52,726 nucleotides of DNA from Parasitella parasitica NRRL 2501 (lineage: Eukaryota > Fungi > Mucoromycota). The notes beneath the pieces were generated by a model, which made no database searches, was not told the DNA's origin, and saw nothing but the letters and a program-made list of their open reading frames with translations. The position numbers and the translations under genes were made by a program. The stretch is from assembly GCA_025201805.1 (NCBI GenBank), contig MU619291.1:132471-185196 (forward strand), given 5' to 3'. Positions 36,278-48,752 of this stretch are shown here, piece after piece; position 1 is the stretch's first letter, and each line of letters opens with the position of its first letter.

Positions 36278-39200
36278 ATGTAAGCAAACAACATGTACAG
36301 ATATACCATTTAAACAATCTAACAGAAAAAATCTAGGGCACAAACTCTTGTCGAGTCTGAACGGGTGGCTTCAGCTGCTCTGTTAAGGCCGTTGCCTAGA
36401 CGTTGGCATCTGTACGTCTGGCCTTTTGTCAGCATGTTTTACCCTGTTTTCATCTACGTTTACTACAATCACTACGACACCTATCTTGGTTCTGAGGAAT
36501 GGACATTTGTTGCGCTAGGCAGTATTATCACTCTGCACGCCATGACATTTTTAGTATGTCAATGGAGCGTTGACGTCAAAGCGCTTCTCACTTGTGTCAA
36601 GGTAAGATTTTGGCTGTAAATCACATATAAATAATGGCAACAACAAACACATTTAATTCAGGAACTCGACGTCAAGAAAGCAGAGATTATCAAAATAGTA
36701 CCTTTTCGCTATCAAGGGAAAGGCATGCTTGTTCCTCTGGAGCATTCAAAGGTAAAAACATACGCATTTATGCATGGGGGGAAAAGACTCACACTGTATA
36801 GTCTATTGATAAAACGGAGGACATCATCTCTTTTGTGTTCCAACAAAAAAAGTTTATTTGGAATTTTGATAAAAAGCAATTTCAAAAGTTACTGTATCCC
36901 TCTGATCTCAACAACACTGTGGGTTCCTATCAAAGTACAAAAGGTTTGACGACTCAGCAAGAAATTGAGTCCCTAACTCATGCTTACGGCTTAAACAAGT
37001 AAAAAGACGACTACTGCAAACGTCTTACTTATATTGCTCGTCTGTAGATTCGAGATTCCTCTACCCACATTCATGGAGCTATTCAAGGAACACGCAGTTG
37101 CGCCCTTCTTTGTGTTCCAGATATTTTGTGTTGGCCTTTGGTGCTTGGATGAGTATTGGTACTATTCTCTTTTCACTCTGTTCATGTTGGTTGTGTTTGA
37201 ATGTACGGTTGTTTACCAACGTCTGCGCACGATTGGCGAATTCCGTGGCATGAATCAAAAGCCCTACCCTGTTTATGTCAAGAGAGAGAAGAAGTGGATC
37301 GAGATTCAAAGCGATGATTTATTGCCTGGAGATGTTGTTTCGATTGTCCGTACAAAGGAAGATCAAGGCGTTCCTTGCGACTTGGTCATTGCGGATGGAT
37401 CTTGTATTGTAAACGAGGCTATGCTCTCTGGTGAATCGACGCCCTTGCTTAAGGAATCCATCGCTCTTCGAGACCCTAATGATGAATTTGACATGAATGT
37501 GACAGACAGACTCAATGTTCTCTACGGTGGTACCAAAGTATTACAGGTAACTACTTCCAAAAACGAGGCCCCTCCTGATGATGGCTGTGTCTGTGTTGTA
37601 GCACGTACTGGTTTTGGCACGTCTCAGGGCGAGCTTGTTCGTACCATGATCTTCTCTACCGAACGTGTGTCTGCCAACAATTTTGAAGCTTTGTTGTTTA
37701 TTCTCTTTTTGCTCATTTTCGCTATTGCTGCCTCTGCCTATGTCTGGCAGGAAGGCGTGAAAAACGACCGCAAAAAGTCAAAGCTGTTGTTGGATTGCAT
37801 CTTGATCATTACTTCTGTTGTCCCCCCTGAATTACCCATGGAACTGAGCTTGGCTGTCAACAGTAGTCTTGTCGCCCTGTCAAAGTATGCCATCTACTGT
37901 ACTGAACCGTTCCGTATCCCTTACGCTGGTCGTGTTGATGTATGTTGTTTTGATAAGACTGGAACCTTGACTGGCGAAGACCTTGTCTTTGAAGGTGTTG
38001 CCTATGCTGACGATACAAAGCTCTTGAAGGCTTCTGAAGTCTCTGATACTACCAAATGGGTTCTCTCCAGCGCCCATGCTTTAGTCCAGCTCGAAGATGG
38101 CATTGTTGGTGATCCTATGGAAAAAGAAACCCTCAAGGCGCTTGATTGGGAACTGGGACCTCACGATATCGTCTTCCCCAAAGGTGAAAAGGGTGGCCAT
38201 AGCTTGCAAATTCGCCGTCGTTATCAATTCTCTTCTGCATTGAAGCGTCAATCCTCAGTCTCAACCTTATCGCATCCTTCCTTGAAGGGCAGCAAGACAT
38301 TCATTGCTGTGAAAGGTGCCCCCGAAACGCTCAAGCAAATGTACACCGAGATACCTGATAACTACGTCGAAGCCTACAGACATTTCACTAGAAAGGGTAG
38401 CAGAGTTCTGGCTCTTGGCTACAAGGTTTTGGACAACAATTTAACGACCAACCAGATCAACGATCTTGCTCGTGAATCCGTCGAATCCGAACTTATTTTT
38501 GCCGGCTTCATCGTCTTTACTTGTCCCCTCAAGGACGATGCTATTGAGGCTTTGAAGGAATTGAACGAATCCTCTCATCGCTGCATCATGATTACTGGCG
38601 ACAACCCATTGACTGCCTGTGCCGTTGCTCGTGAAGTGGCTATTATCGACCGCGAAGTATTGATTGTGGATAGGGATGAAAGTCGCAAGGACAACATGGT
38701 CGTTTTCCACAGTATTGACGAAACCTATCGCCTTGAAGTGAGCCCTACTGAGCCTTTGGATACAGCTGTCCTGGACAAGTATGATCTATGCCTAACAGGC
38801 TCTGCCATGTCTCTTTTTATGCCTCAGAAGAATAATATGAACATCATCCTGGAGCACACTTGGGTTTACGCTCGTGTTTCTCCTTCCCAGAAGGAGTATC
38901 TTTTGACTGGTTTGAAGGATCTCGGTTACACAACATTGATGGCTGGCGATGGCACTAACGATGTTGGTGCGCTGAAACAAGCTCATATTGGCGTTGCCCT
39001 TTTGGATGGCACTCCTGAAGATCTTCAAAAGATTGCTGAGCGTCAGCGCATTGAGCGTATGAAGGCCATGTATGAGCAGCAAAAGAGCATCTCTGCCCGC
39101 TTCAATCAACCTCCACCGCCCCCTCCTCCCGCTATTGCTCATCTCTATCCTGAATTCGCTGCCCAGCTAGCAAACCAACAAAACCAGAATTTGACTCCCG

Positions 39201-40152
39201 CTCAAAGGCGTCAAATGGAACAGAAAAAGAAGATTGAAGAAGCTACTCAAAAGATGATGGAAGGGATGGATATGGAAGAGCCTCCTACCATCAAATTTGG
39301 TGACGCCTCGGTTGCTGCTCCCTTTACTTCCAAGCTTCGTAACGTCACATCTATCAACAACATTATCCGCCAAGGCCGTTGTACACTTGTTGCTACTATT
39401 CAAATGTACAAGATCCTAGCTTTGAACTGTCTGATTTCTGCTTACAGTCTGTCTGTATTGTATTTGGATGGCATCAAGTTTGGCGATTTACAGGTTACTA
39501 TTTCTGGCATGTTGATGGCTGTTTGCTTCCTTTGTATTTCTAGAGGCAAGCCTCTCCAGAAGCTTTCCAAGGAACGCCCTCAACCCAACATCTTCAATCC
39601 TTACATCATCCTGTCTGTCCTGGGCCAATTCGCCATCCACATTATTTCCCTCGTTTATATCAACGGGCTTGCGAAATCGTTTGAGCCGTAAGTACAAAAT
39701 GTATATACAAGCGAAATCCATCAAGTTTATTGAGCCATTTTTTTTGTTTTTTTTTTTTTTTTTTTTATTTTAGACCAAAGGAGGTCGATTTAGAAGGAGA
39801 ATTTGAGCCTAGTTTATTGAATAGCGCAGTGTATCTAATCCAGCTCTCCATGCAAGTGTCCACCTTTGCTATCAACTACCAAGGCTATCCTTTCCGCGAA
39901 CGTATTCAGGACAACAAGGCGTTGTACTACGGTTTGATGTCAGTGGGTGGTGTTGCGTTGGCTGGCGCAACTGAAATGTGGCCTGAAGTGAACGACCAGT
40001 TAAAACTCGTTCAATTCCCCGGCAGCTTCCGTTACAAGTTAACGCTCTGTATGATTCTCGATTTCGGTATTGCTTACGCTATTGAAAAAGTCACCAAGCT
40101 CATGTTTGCGGATAACCGTGCCAAAGCAATCGCCCGGAAAAGCAAAGACTAG
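36278..40152 (+). CDS. spf1: P5A-type ATPase (Spf1/ATP13A1), ER transmembrane-helix dislocase, 6 exons
   Basis: Motifs: FKEHAVAPFFVFQ, EAMLSGESTP, P5A-specific VPPELPMELS, DKTGTLT, KGAPE, GDGTNDVGALK and IKFGDASVAAPFTSK. The start codon is AT(36278-9)|intron 36280-36336|G. Confidence 0.96.
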
Positions 40153-41580
40153 AAAATATATATCTCTGTAAAGAAAAAATTGTAGATCTGTCAATACAAC
40201 TACTATATAAGATACGATTTCACATGTATTCCAATGGAGGGGACCAGGTCATCCTTACGAAATGGGTTACATGCGATGTTTTTTTGTTTATTTTATGGCT
40301 TGAACAGCATGTGATAGAAGACTAAAAGTTCAATATTTGTTGTTTGTGTCGATGAAGGGATGCTGTAGTATAAAAGGCAATATAGTAATTGCCGCGTATG
40401 ACGACAAACGGAGCGACCTTTTTTTTTTTCAAACTTCTTGGAGGAGAAATGTGTCAATTAAAACGATGACAGTGCTATTTAAGACACTGCACACTCGAAT
40501 TTAGCATTGCATGTTTTTAATTTACATGTATTGAATACACTTACTTTGACTGCACTCGGGGCACCAACTAATCTCGAAGTAGCGTTTATGTATAAGGCAA
40601 TAATTCTTTCCTCGCGTCTGACAGACATGCCCTTTGAAGTAGTTCATGTGTTCATTAATAGCTAAAGTTAGGCCCTGCAATGACATCTGTATTTAAGTAT
40701 TAGATAATTAAATATGACTACATGCACGTTCTGCTCACTGGTAAAAGATGCAAAATATAGCACATACAACGAAAAATAGAGAAGAAAAGAAAGAAAGATG
40801 TGTTTACCAAACAGCCATACGTGCTTGAAGAATATGTAGCTATTTTTTTTTTCCATCAAATAAACAGAAGAACTGTGTCCACTTTGTTGGGTGTTACGTG
40901 GAGTAACATGGCTAATCTTTGAATCGTTTGTAACCATAATACAGATACAGTTTATATGCATGTGCAACCTCTTTTAATACCATAAGAGATCAGCGCTTCA
41001 TATGAATAGTTAAAAATACGAAACGCCATATACATCTGTGAAAATGCCATACAATTTTCAAGAACAATTGATTGTTTGCCATTAAAAATATGTGTACTAT
41101 CGTAAGCATTGATGGCAGGACTACACATAAAAATCAATGCACTCTGTACTGTATGTTTACAATTACGACCAAAAGCCACTTGTAATGCTTGGAGAAAACG
41201 CGATTTCCAGCTTTTGCAATTTTTTGCATTTTTTAAATTAAATGCATCAGAAATTTCAGGAGCCAATCTCAATCCACAAACAAAACCTGTGTATGTCTGT
41301 TTGTTATGTAACGGAACAGCAACTGAGCTTTTGCCTTTGCCAAACAGTAAAAAAGAAATTAGATCAGGCTTCATACTTGGCATATACATATCGTAAAATT
41401 TATTCATAGGTTCTAGGCATATTTGAATGTACAATATTATGAAACTGTAATTGGTAGATTAGGGACATAAGGAATGAATGTGCATAGTTGAAAGGCGATC
41501 ATTCATCAAAAAAAGAAAAAAAAAAGAAAAAAAAAAAAAAAGAACATAGAGTGAAGCGTACATGTTGATTCATATGTGCT

Positions 41581-42675
41581 CTAGCCTTGATGGAGGGGTG
41601 TCACCGTGATAGTAAGTAGATCATCATTGTCAGATGAGGTGCTAACATTGATGCTGTTTTCAAAAGCAAGTACGTGAAAAACTGCATTGTATAATTCAGT
41701 GAATAGTCTGTTTGGAAGAAAAGTTATGTTGTACCCAGTTGCATTATCTTTAAGAGCTCTGATTATACGTAAAAGTACAACAGCCGCCTCAATATGATCG
41801 TTGTAGGAACTTATATCAATTGAAATATTCTCGATTCTCAAATATTTTAAAACGAGGTATTCAATAGGATTGCAAGACGAACAGTTTGAGACATTCAAAA
41901 CTTTTAATGAACAAGCGCTGTGAGTGTCATGTCCTTCAAACCATTGCCGAACTTGATCCGTCGTCCAATCGCCCTCATTTCCAATCCACTTGATATTCAA
42001 CTCTTGTAGCCGAGGGCAGTTGTCAGCAATAAATTTCAACGAAACGATATTGTTTCGCTCCACAGAAAGAGCAATGGATGTCAAGCACGTAAAGTTTTTG
42101 AGGGATAAGAAGAGACGAATGCCGGTACTAGATATTTGTCGAGGTATCAAAAGATAGAGATGTTCCAAACTTTCCGTAAAGCAGAGTACTGCCTCCTTGT
42201 AAACATCTGACGTTTCCTCGCCAGGATCTGGAATCTTCCTCAATTTAATTTTCTGTTGGTCCCTGCTTTGTCTGGCCATGTTACAAAGCAACTGGTAAGA
42301 GTAGGGATCGTCCAGATTTCCATCAATAATCTCCAGATTTTCTTGGAAAACCAACGACAAAATCCTCTTGTAAGGGTTTCCTTCATCGTCACTAAGGCTA
42401 TTTTCATTTCTCAAGTAATCCATATCATAGTGGGTACGACTAGTGATTCTCAGATGTCTGACATAGCTCTTCAATTTTGTATCCTTGGTCAAGTGTTTGA
42501 TAAATCCCCAGGCTTGTTCCTCGTTGGCAATACAGATGGGTTTGCCAAGCATCAATTTGGTCGCCTTCGGATTACAAGCCTTGCAAATAAGTCTACATTC
42601 TGCCAACTCCTTGATCTCATCAACGAAATCAAGCACATAAAATATCACTTCCAAGGGTAATCTTAAGCTAGACAT
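41581..42675 (-). CDS. F-box-like / LRR-like protein of an expanded Mucorales family (364 aa, possibly C-terminally truncated)
   Basis: The N-terminus LPLEVIFYVLDFV..IKELAECRLICKA is F-box-like. LKSYVRHLRI, LKNFTCLTSIAL, CPRLQELNI and SLKVLNVS are LRR-like segments. Confidence 0.7.
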   Translation of the reverse strand: MSSLRLPLEVIFYVLDFVDEIKELAECRLICKACNPKATKLMLGKPICIANEEQAWGFIKHLTKDTKLKSYVRHLRITSRTHYDMDYLRNENSLSDDEGNPYKRILSLVFQENLEIIDGNLDDPYSYQLLCNMARQSRDQQKIKLRKIPDPGEETSDVYKEAVLCFTESLEHLYLLIPRQISSTGIRLFLSLKNFTCLTSIALSVERNNIVSLKFIADNCPRLQELNIKWIGNEGDWTTDQVRQWFEGHDTHSACSLKVLNVSNCSSCNPIEYLVLKYLRIENISIDISSYNDHIEAAVVLLRIIRALKDNATGYNITFLPNRLFTELYNAVFHVLAFENSINVSTSSDNDDLLTITVTPLHQG

Positions 42676-42994
42676 GGGAATACGTTTAATGCTTCAGTTT
42701 GTGGTGCCTCGATGATTAAGAGACAAGGAGAAAACACATCTTGCTGCCGTATTGCTTTAAATTTATACTATAGATTGTATGAACACACATCATTCAAAAT
42801 CTACATGATTCATTGTTATACGATCATTTAATAATGAATACACACAGATACAGACATGGACATATGATCATTGGAATGTTTGTTGTAAATGATGGTTCTC
42901 GTATCCAATTAAACCATTCATCGGGTTACTGTGAATCATACTTCGATCCTTTACAGCAAGCTGCATAAAATCGTCATTGTGGTGTTATTAAGGC

Positions 42995-43025
<31 letters not shown>

Positions 43026-43035
43026 NNNNNNNNNN
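43026..43035. other. Assembly gap (Ns) after poly-T
   Basis: Run of n characters. Confidence 1.
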
Positions 43036-43621
43036 CACGGGAGTATACTAGCTGCTGTTTCATTATACCTACTTAAGGTACATTAAGGCCGACTTGCTGC
43101 CATAAGACTGAGCAAACTGCAGGAGCCATAGGACCAAGAAGCCCTGGCGAAGTTTGGCTCAGTTCTTTAAATGTTTACCTTGAACCCTGTTGATAGGTGA
43201 GATCCAGAGCTATTGGGAAGAGAGATCAAAGAGCAAAAAACAAGAACTTACGCAAATATATTTCGCAGCATTTATCAACAGACAGCAATCATACAATGAA
43301 GCATCGATCATTAGACAAGCTATATACGAAAACGATAATAATAAAAAATACATATACAAGAGCCAGCAAGCTGATTTATACATTTTATTACCTGGTTCAA
43401 GATAGAGAGATCTACTGCCCTCAATGCATTCTCTTTATTGTATGAATTCAAATGAGCTATGGCCCAGTAGGCTTCCCGAAATGCCTCTGTTAGACTTGAT
43501 TTGAGGTAGAACTGTGTATCTGCCTGTTGCATGACTTTTTGATGTTCCGCAGGAAGTCCTCATGGATTGATGTAAACTCACAATATCGCGTCTCTATTTT
43601 TTTTTTTATCATACTTTTCGG

Positions 43622-46033
43622 ATGACTGAACAAAATTCCATCAGTTCTGCAGTATTTGGACTTCAAGACACACTGAAAAAGCTTCGGCAACAATGGATAT
43701 GTCTTCAGGATCAATCCACTTCCGAAAAGCAACCCAGCGGTATATTACTCACAAAAGACGACTAATGGAAAGCACTCGGAAAACTAATGTTTACAAAGAG
43801 CTTTTTGCGCTAGGGCCAGTTAATCTAGATAAAGCCCGTCAAGAATTCTCCCAGCATATCAATACAATTCGTAATGTATGTTCTCAATTTGAAACTGAAG
43901 TTTTAGGCGATGTAATGAAGATGGGCGTTGGAGCAGATCCTGCTTTCAGAAAACACTTTACGCATTTAAAAGAGCAAGCTACTCTGGAAAGTACCGTCAT
44001 GCGAGTAAAGGATACACTCTCCAGCACCAAGGAGTTTCTCGACAAAAATTTAAGAGAAAAAGAGGAATCGAAATCAAAGATAGAGACGCAGCGATTGGAA
44101 AAACTGGCTCAATCCATGGGGTAAATTGGTAATTTGATTACTTGATCTGTTTCCTCACCAATGTACATTAGGCTGGTCACGTTTGTAGATTCCACGCAGA
44201 AGTTTGAATCCAATGTGCCTATCACTACCATCACACTGGGAGGCACGGTCATTGTTGTGGATGTAAGTCGAAAATAGATCACTTATAGACGATTCCACTC
44301 ATGACAGCGACTTAGATTGACATTGACGATAAAGGACGGGTATTGAGGACAAAGCTGACATACGTATCTGACACATTGCAGAACGACCAAGATGACAGAG
44401 TGGATTTGATGCTGACAGAGAACCTTCAAACTCGACAATTCGAGCTATTTAAACGCAATTTGGGGAGTTTGGCCTCGCTAGATCAACTTAATGTCAAATA
44501 CAGCCCTGTCGACTTTTTTTCCATCATCAAAAATTTGCTGAGTGATCTCAGAACGATCTACGATGAAGAGATGTGAGTAAGAATTAACGAGATAAACGAC
44601 ATGAAAGACCTGATTGTGCTTTATTAGCTCAGTGGAACCTGAACTGACAAATGTTTTGACACAAGGTCATGGTATTCCGAATTTGCACTTGAACTACCCA
44701 GGTATTTCGATTGCATACTGGATGGATAAAGAACATATGGATAGTATCAACTGGCAAGAGGTCAAGACAACATTCGAAACTGGTATCAGTCACTCAGCAT
44801 TAGCCAACACATCTCGCCTCTTGATTTCCTTTGAAGATTCGATCCAGCCTTTGACCTATATACCTGAAAGTAGACCTTCCTGCCTGTTAGGTAATGAGGC
44901 TGAGGACTCAATTGACTCGTACGTGTTCGGATGGATGAAAAATTGGACATTGTCTTAACATGCCTTAAAATTATAGGGAGCATTTTAAAGTCGTGACAGA
45001 AACAGCAGCACCTGCATTTATGCCTCATTTCAAATTTGTGAGGCCACTCCCTACACATCCAGAAAGCTTGTCTATACCCATAAGATTTGTTGCCTTATTA
45101 GACCCACCCATGCCCGTATCAGATAAAGTATGCCAGAAACTGATGAATGTCACCGGCTTGGTTAGTTTGGATGAGACTACCGAAGTGCCTTGTAATTCTT
45201 CTTCAATGTCTTTGGAAGAGCTGCTTGTTATAAATGTTGCAAAAGCAGTGTCGTGTTCTGATAAATGGATATCTGTAAGTTGGAGAGTTTCTGTTGCTTT
45301 GGATGAATAGATATGTCTAAATTAATCTCTAGTCCTTCGATGATACGCCTGAGCAGCTATACACTTGGATGAAATCGCCACCTACAAGCGCTAAAATGGT
45401 GTCCAGAATCCCTTTCCAGCATTCTGTACAAATTTACAACATCATACAATGCCTGCGTCAACAACAATTGTTCAACACACTGTTCAAAAGCATTTTTAAT
45501 ATAAATACATATAGACCTCAACAGACCAAAGAAGCCTTGTCATTTTCTTTGGAAGATATCTTGGCGGGTAAGTTTTTCATGTGAAATGAAATGACATTAA
45601 GAGTACTAATCCCAGCTATATAGAAAGCGAAAAGGACAAGACTCTTAAAGTTGAAATTACGACCATAGACGCACCGAACGCAATTTTTATTACATTACCG
45701 GCACCACCTCTCCCGAATCAATTATTCATCATGGTGTCTATTTCAATTGACATTCCTCTTGAAACCCCAACTAAACCCATTGTTCGCTTACATGCACCAA
45801 GCAATGCCAAATCCCAACGTTGGAACCCTTCAATATTCGACGAAGCGGCCATGACCGAACAAATTCAGACATTATACAGCATACCGGAGCTCATCCGACA
45901 GCTATACAAGTGCATGTCAAATGCAGACACATACTTGATCGATCGCAGCATAGGCAAACGTCGTTTCTCGGAAGACGACTTTTCATCGTCCATTGATGAC
46001 AGTAATAAGATTATGAAAATGGAATTAGATTAA
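43622..46033 (+). CDS. med1: Mediator of RNA polymerase II transcription subunit 1 (Med1-like), multi-exon
   Basis: ATG 43622 (MTEQNSIS...), intron 43740-43798. LEKLAQSMG|LVTFVD...ITLGGTVIVVD|IDID, FKRNLGSLASLDQL, FVALLDPPMPVS and VSRIPFQHSVQIYNIIQCLRQQQLFNTLFKSI match the Med1 N-terminal domain pattern. Confidence 0.75.
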
Positions 46034-46054
46034 ATAAAGGGCGATTTGTGTTTA

Positions 46055-48353
46055 TTAAAACAGTCCTGTAACTAACTGTTGCTTTCTACGATGAATCATG
46101 TCTTTTTCGCTTGTTATGATTTCAGCGACATGATGATCGCTTTTGACAGGATGACTCGTGTTGGCTAATTCGATAATCCAGTCCCCAATCGTTCTAGTTG
46201 CTTGATGTGCCTCTGGTAAAAATGGCATCATTTGAAGAAATGCATGGCTAATGCCCTCCAAAAACTTAACCCTGACCCCATCACCAGTAGGGAAATCTTG
46301 ATCGAAGGGATTGTTTTGCCTGTATTTGCGCTTGGCTTGTCTAATGCAACCTGCAAAAATGACAGTGTCGTCTACTAACGGGTCTTTCTCGCCACAAATC
46401 ATATAGGTTTTGGGAAAATGTGCCAACAGTTCTTCGGGTGCATTGACAGGGGATAGTAGGTAATCGTTGTCGAAATCAGGAGAGGCATGAGGACCTAAAT
46501 ATACTATATTATGGCAGTTAGTTTTTGAAGCTTCCTTGTGTTGTTTGGTACTTACGAATAGCCATGGCTCTCATCTAGTACATCCGACATTTGTTAGTCA
46601 TAGAAACACCCAAACCTTTAATCTAACCAACTTACCAAGTCTGGTGTAATAATTCGGTCGTTGAAGAAGCTCATTCGACTTGTCATTGCCAGCCTAGCTG
46701 TAGCCCAAGCTTCTTTAGTTTGAATTTGATCCCGTATAGGTTGAGCACGGTCAGCCATTCGCTGTTTCAGTGTAGGCTTCAGTCCTAGCGCACGTCGCCA
46801 TAAACTTTGCTTCTTCTCTAAATCAGGAACGACACTTAACGGGCTGGCATGGCTCAAATGGTCTTTTGTCTGCCACAAGGAATCTAAAGAACTTGATCTG
46901 AATAATGCCGTGTTCGATTCGGCACGAATAAGCGAGAGTTGTGAAGGGGACATCCAGCAAGACATTTCAAAATCAAGAGCAGGGTAAATGAGGATCAAGC
47001 CAATTGGCATGGGTAATATCGTATCTAAAAGATTTCTAGGCTTTACATGTTGCTGGGTCATTGTAAATGTATCCGTAATGCTTTCAGTAGATGCAGACGA
47101 TAGTGTAGCTGTAGGGTTTATCTTGCAGGCCAATTGCTGGTTGTGCGCAAGAATCTTTAGTGTGACGGCAGCTGTGATATTTCCACCTCTAGCAAAAGCA
47201 AAATGGCTCAAATTAGGGCAAGCTAAAACTTTATGCCATGGTACCTACGCAGAATCGCCAATCAAGATGATTTGAACCTTCTTTTTGCCTGACAAGCCAA
47301 GAACCAGGCCATTGCTTTCAATAATGGAGATGTAAAGATCAAAACACTCGTCAATAGGCCATGGATAAGGGTACTCTGGTGCCTTTTTATAGTTGACACT
47401 AAATACAGGCAAGCCAGTGTGTTTAGCCCAAGCAGCCAAGGCATCTTCATGACAAGGTGGGGGCATAGAGACGAATCCGCCGCCTGGAAATTGCAATAAA
47501 ATAGTATCATGATCGGCAAATGTCGCTGATTGGTTGGTATAGTAACGATATACTTGAATATCAGGCAGATCCGAGTGATAGGATGGTCTGTGAACGTAAA
47601 TAATGTCATGGACTGAAAGACGAGGACGTAGCAGGCTGGAAACAAAGCCAAGGATGGGATTTTGGTATACTTTCTCCCACGATGTTCGCATTTGCTCGAT
47701 TGATATGGTTGCGCGAGTTTTACGGACTTTTTCCTCGGCAGAATCTGCGAATACGAGATAGTATGCGCTAAAGATGAGGGACAAGACATGTTTTAACCAT
47801 GCAGGTTTGAATGGCATTGCCGTAAAAAACCCGGCATCGAGGGCTGTCAGAATCCAGGTAGCTCTATAAAAGCTTCTTTTGTACTACAACAACACATTGT
47901 TTACAAGACATGATACAAGAGCTGGTCAGTAAACTTACTAATCTTGATAATGGATCAGGGGCTTTTTGCTAGTTGTTAGTGAGCGCTTCGTAACAAGGAC
48001 TTTGACAAAGACTCACCGTATAAGCCCACTAGCAGTAGTACATTCTGAGAGAGGTAATAGAGCAGCCATGTTCCTAATGCTACTCTCCATGGAGCTTGGC
48101 CTTTCAAATACGCATTACTTGAATGCTGCTTTCATAGCCTACAGATAAATATTACCTGCTTTTCTATTTAGCTTTTGTACAAATTGAGGCAGCTGATTTG
48201 TTTTGCCACAGACAGCAAAGTATCCTCTAGCTCGAAGAATGAGATTTACATGCTGTCTTGCATGTTGTATGCAACATACCCAAATATCAAGGTTAACAGT
48301 ATTTGTGTACGCTTGAAATTAGAGGACGGTTTGCCAACTAGATGATCCAACAT
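46055..48353 (-). CDS. Hormone-sensitive-lipase-family alpha/beta hydrolase (fungal type), multi-exon
   Basis: MLDHLVGKPS start; YRATWILTALDAGFFTAMP; oxyanion QFPGGGF; YKKAPEYPYP; GDSA|GGN nucleophile; CGEKDPLVDD and GISHAFL complete the triad. Confidence 0.9.
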
Positions 48354-48752
48354 CAGATACTTCTTTGATACGATATAGAAAGAGAGAGAGAAAACAAGTG
48401 GGAAAAAAAAAAAAAAAGGAGGTGGATATGTATGAGCAGTTTACCCCGGATTTCATTATTAGAATTTCACATGCCAATGCAAAAACTCTTGACATGCGCT
48501 ATATCGGTTGCAGTCTTGAAAGAAATTAGTAACCATCATGGTCTTCAATGAGCAAGAATAAATGATATGGACGAACAGCTTGGGCTTTGTAGAACAGAAC
48601 TGTGCTTTTATATTTTTGAAGAGCATATACCAGTCTTTTTAGGCGCAACACCAGTACATATGATGATACTGGTTGGCTATTGGTAGTTGAATGATTTCGA
48701 GTTGCTTGAAATAGGCGCTACTTTTATTAATACCAGCTTTTCCCATTCAACC

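Noticed and set aside
43040-43500. Possible LINE relic next to the gap
   Set aside because: The sequence looks coding-like but has no diagnostic RT or endonuclease motif.
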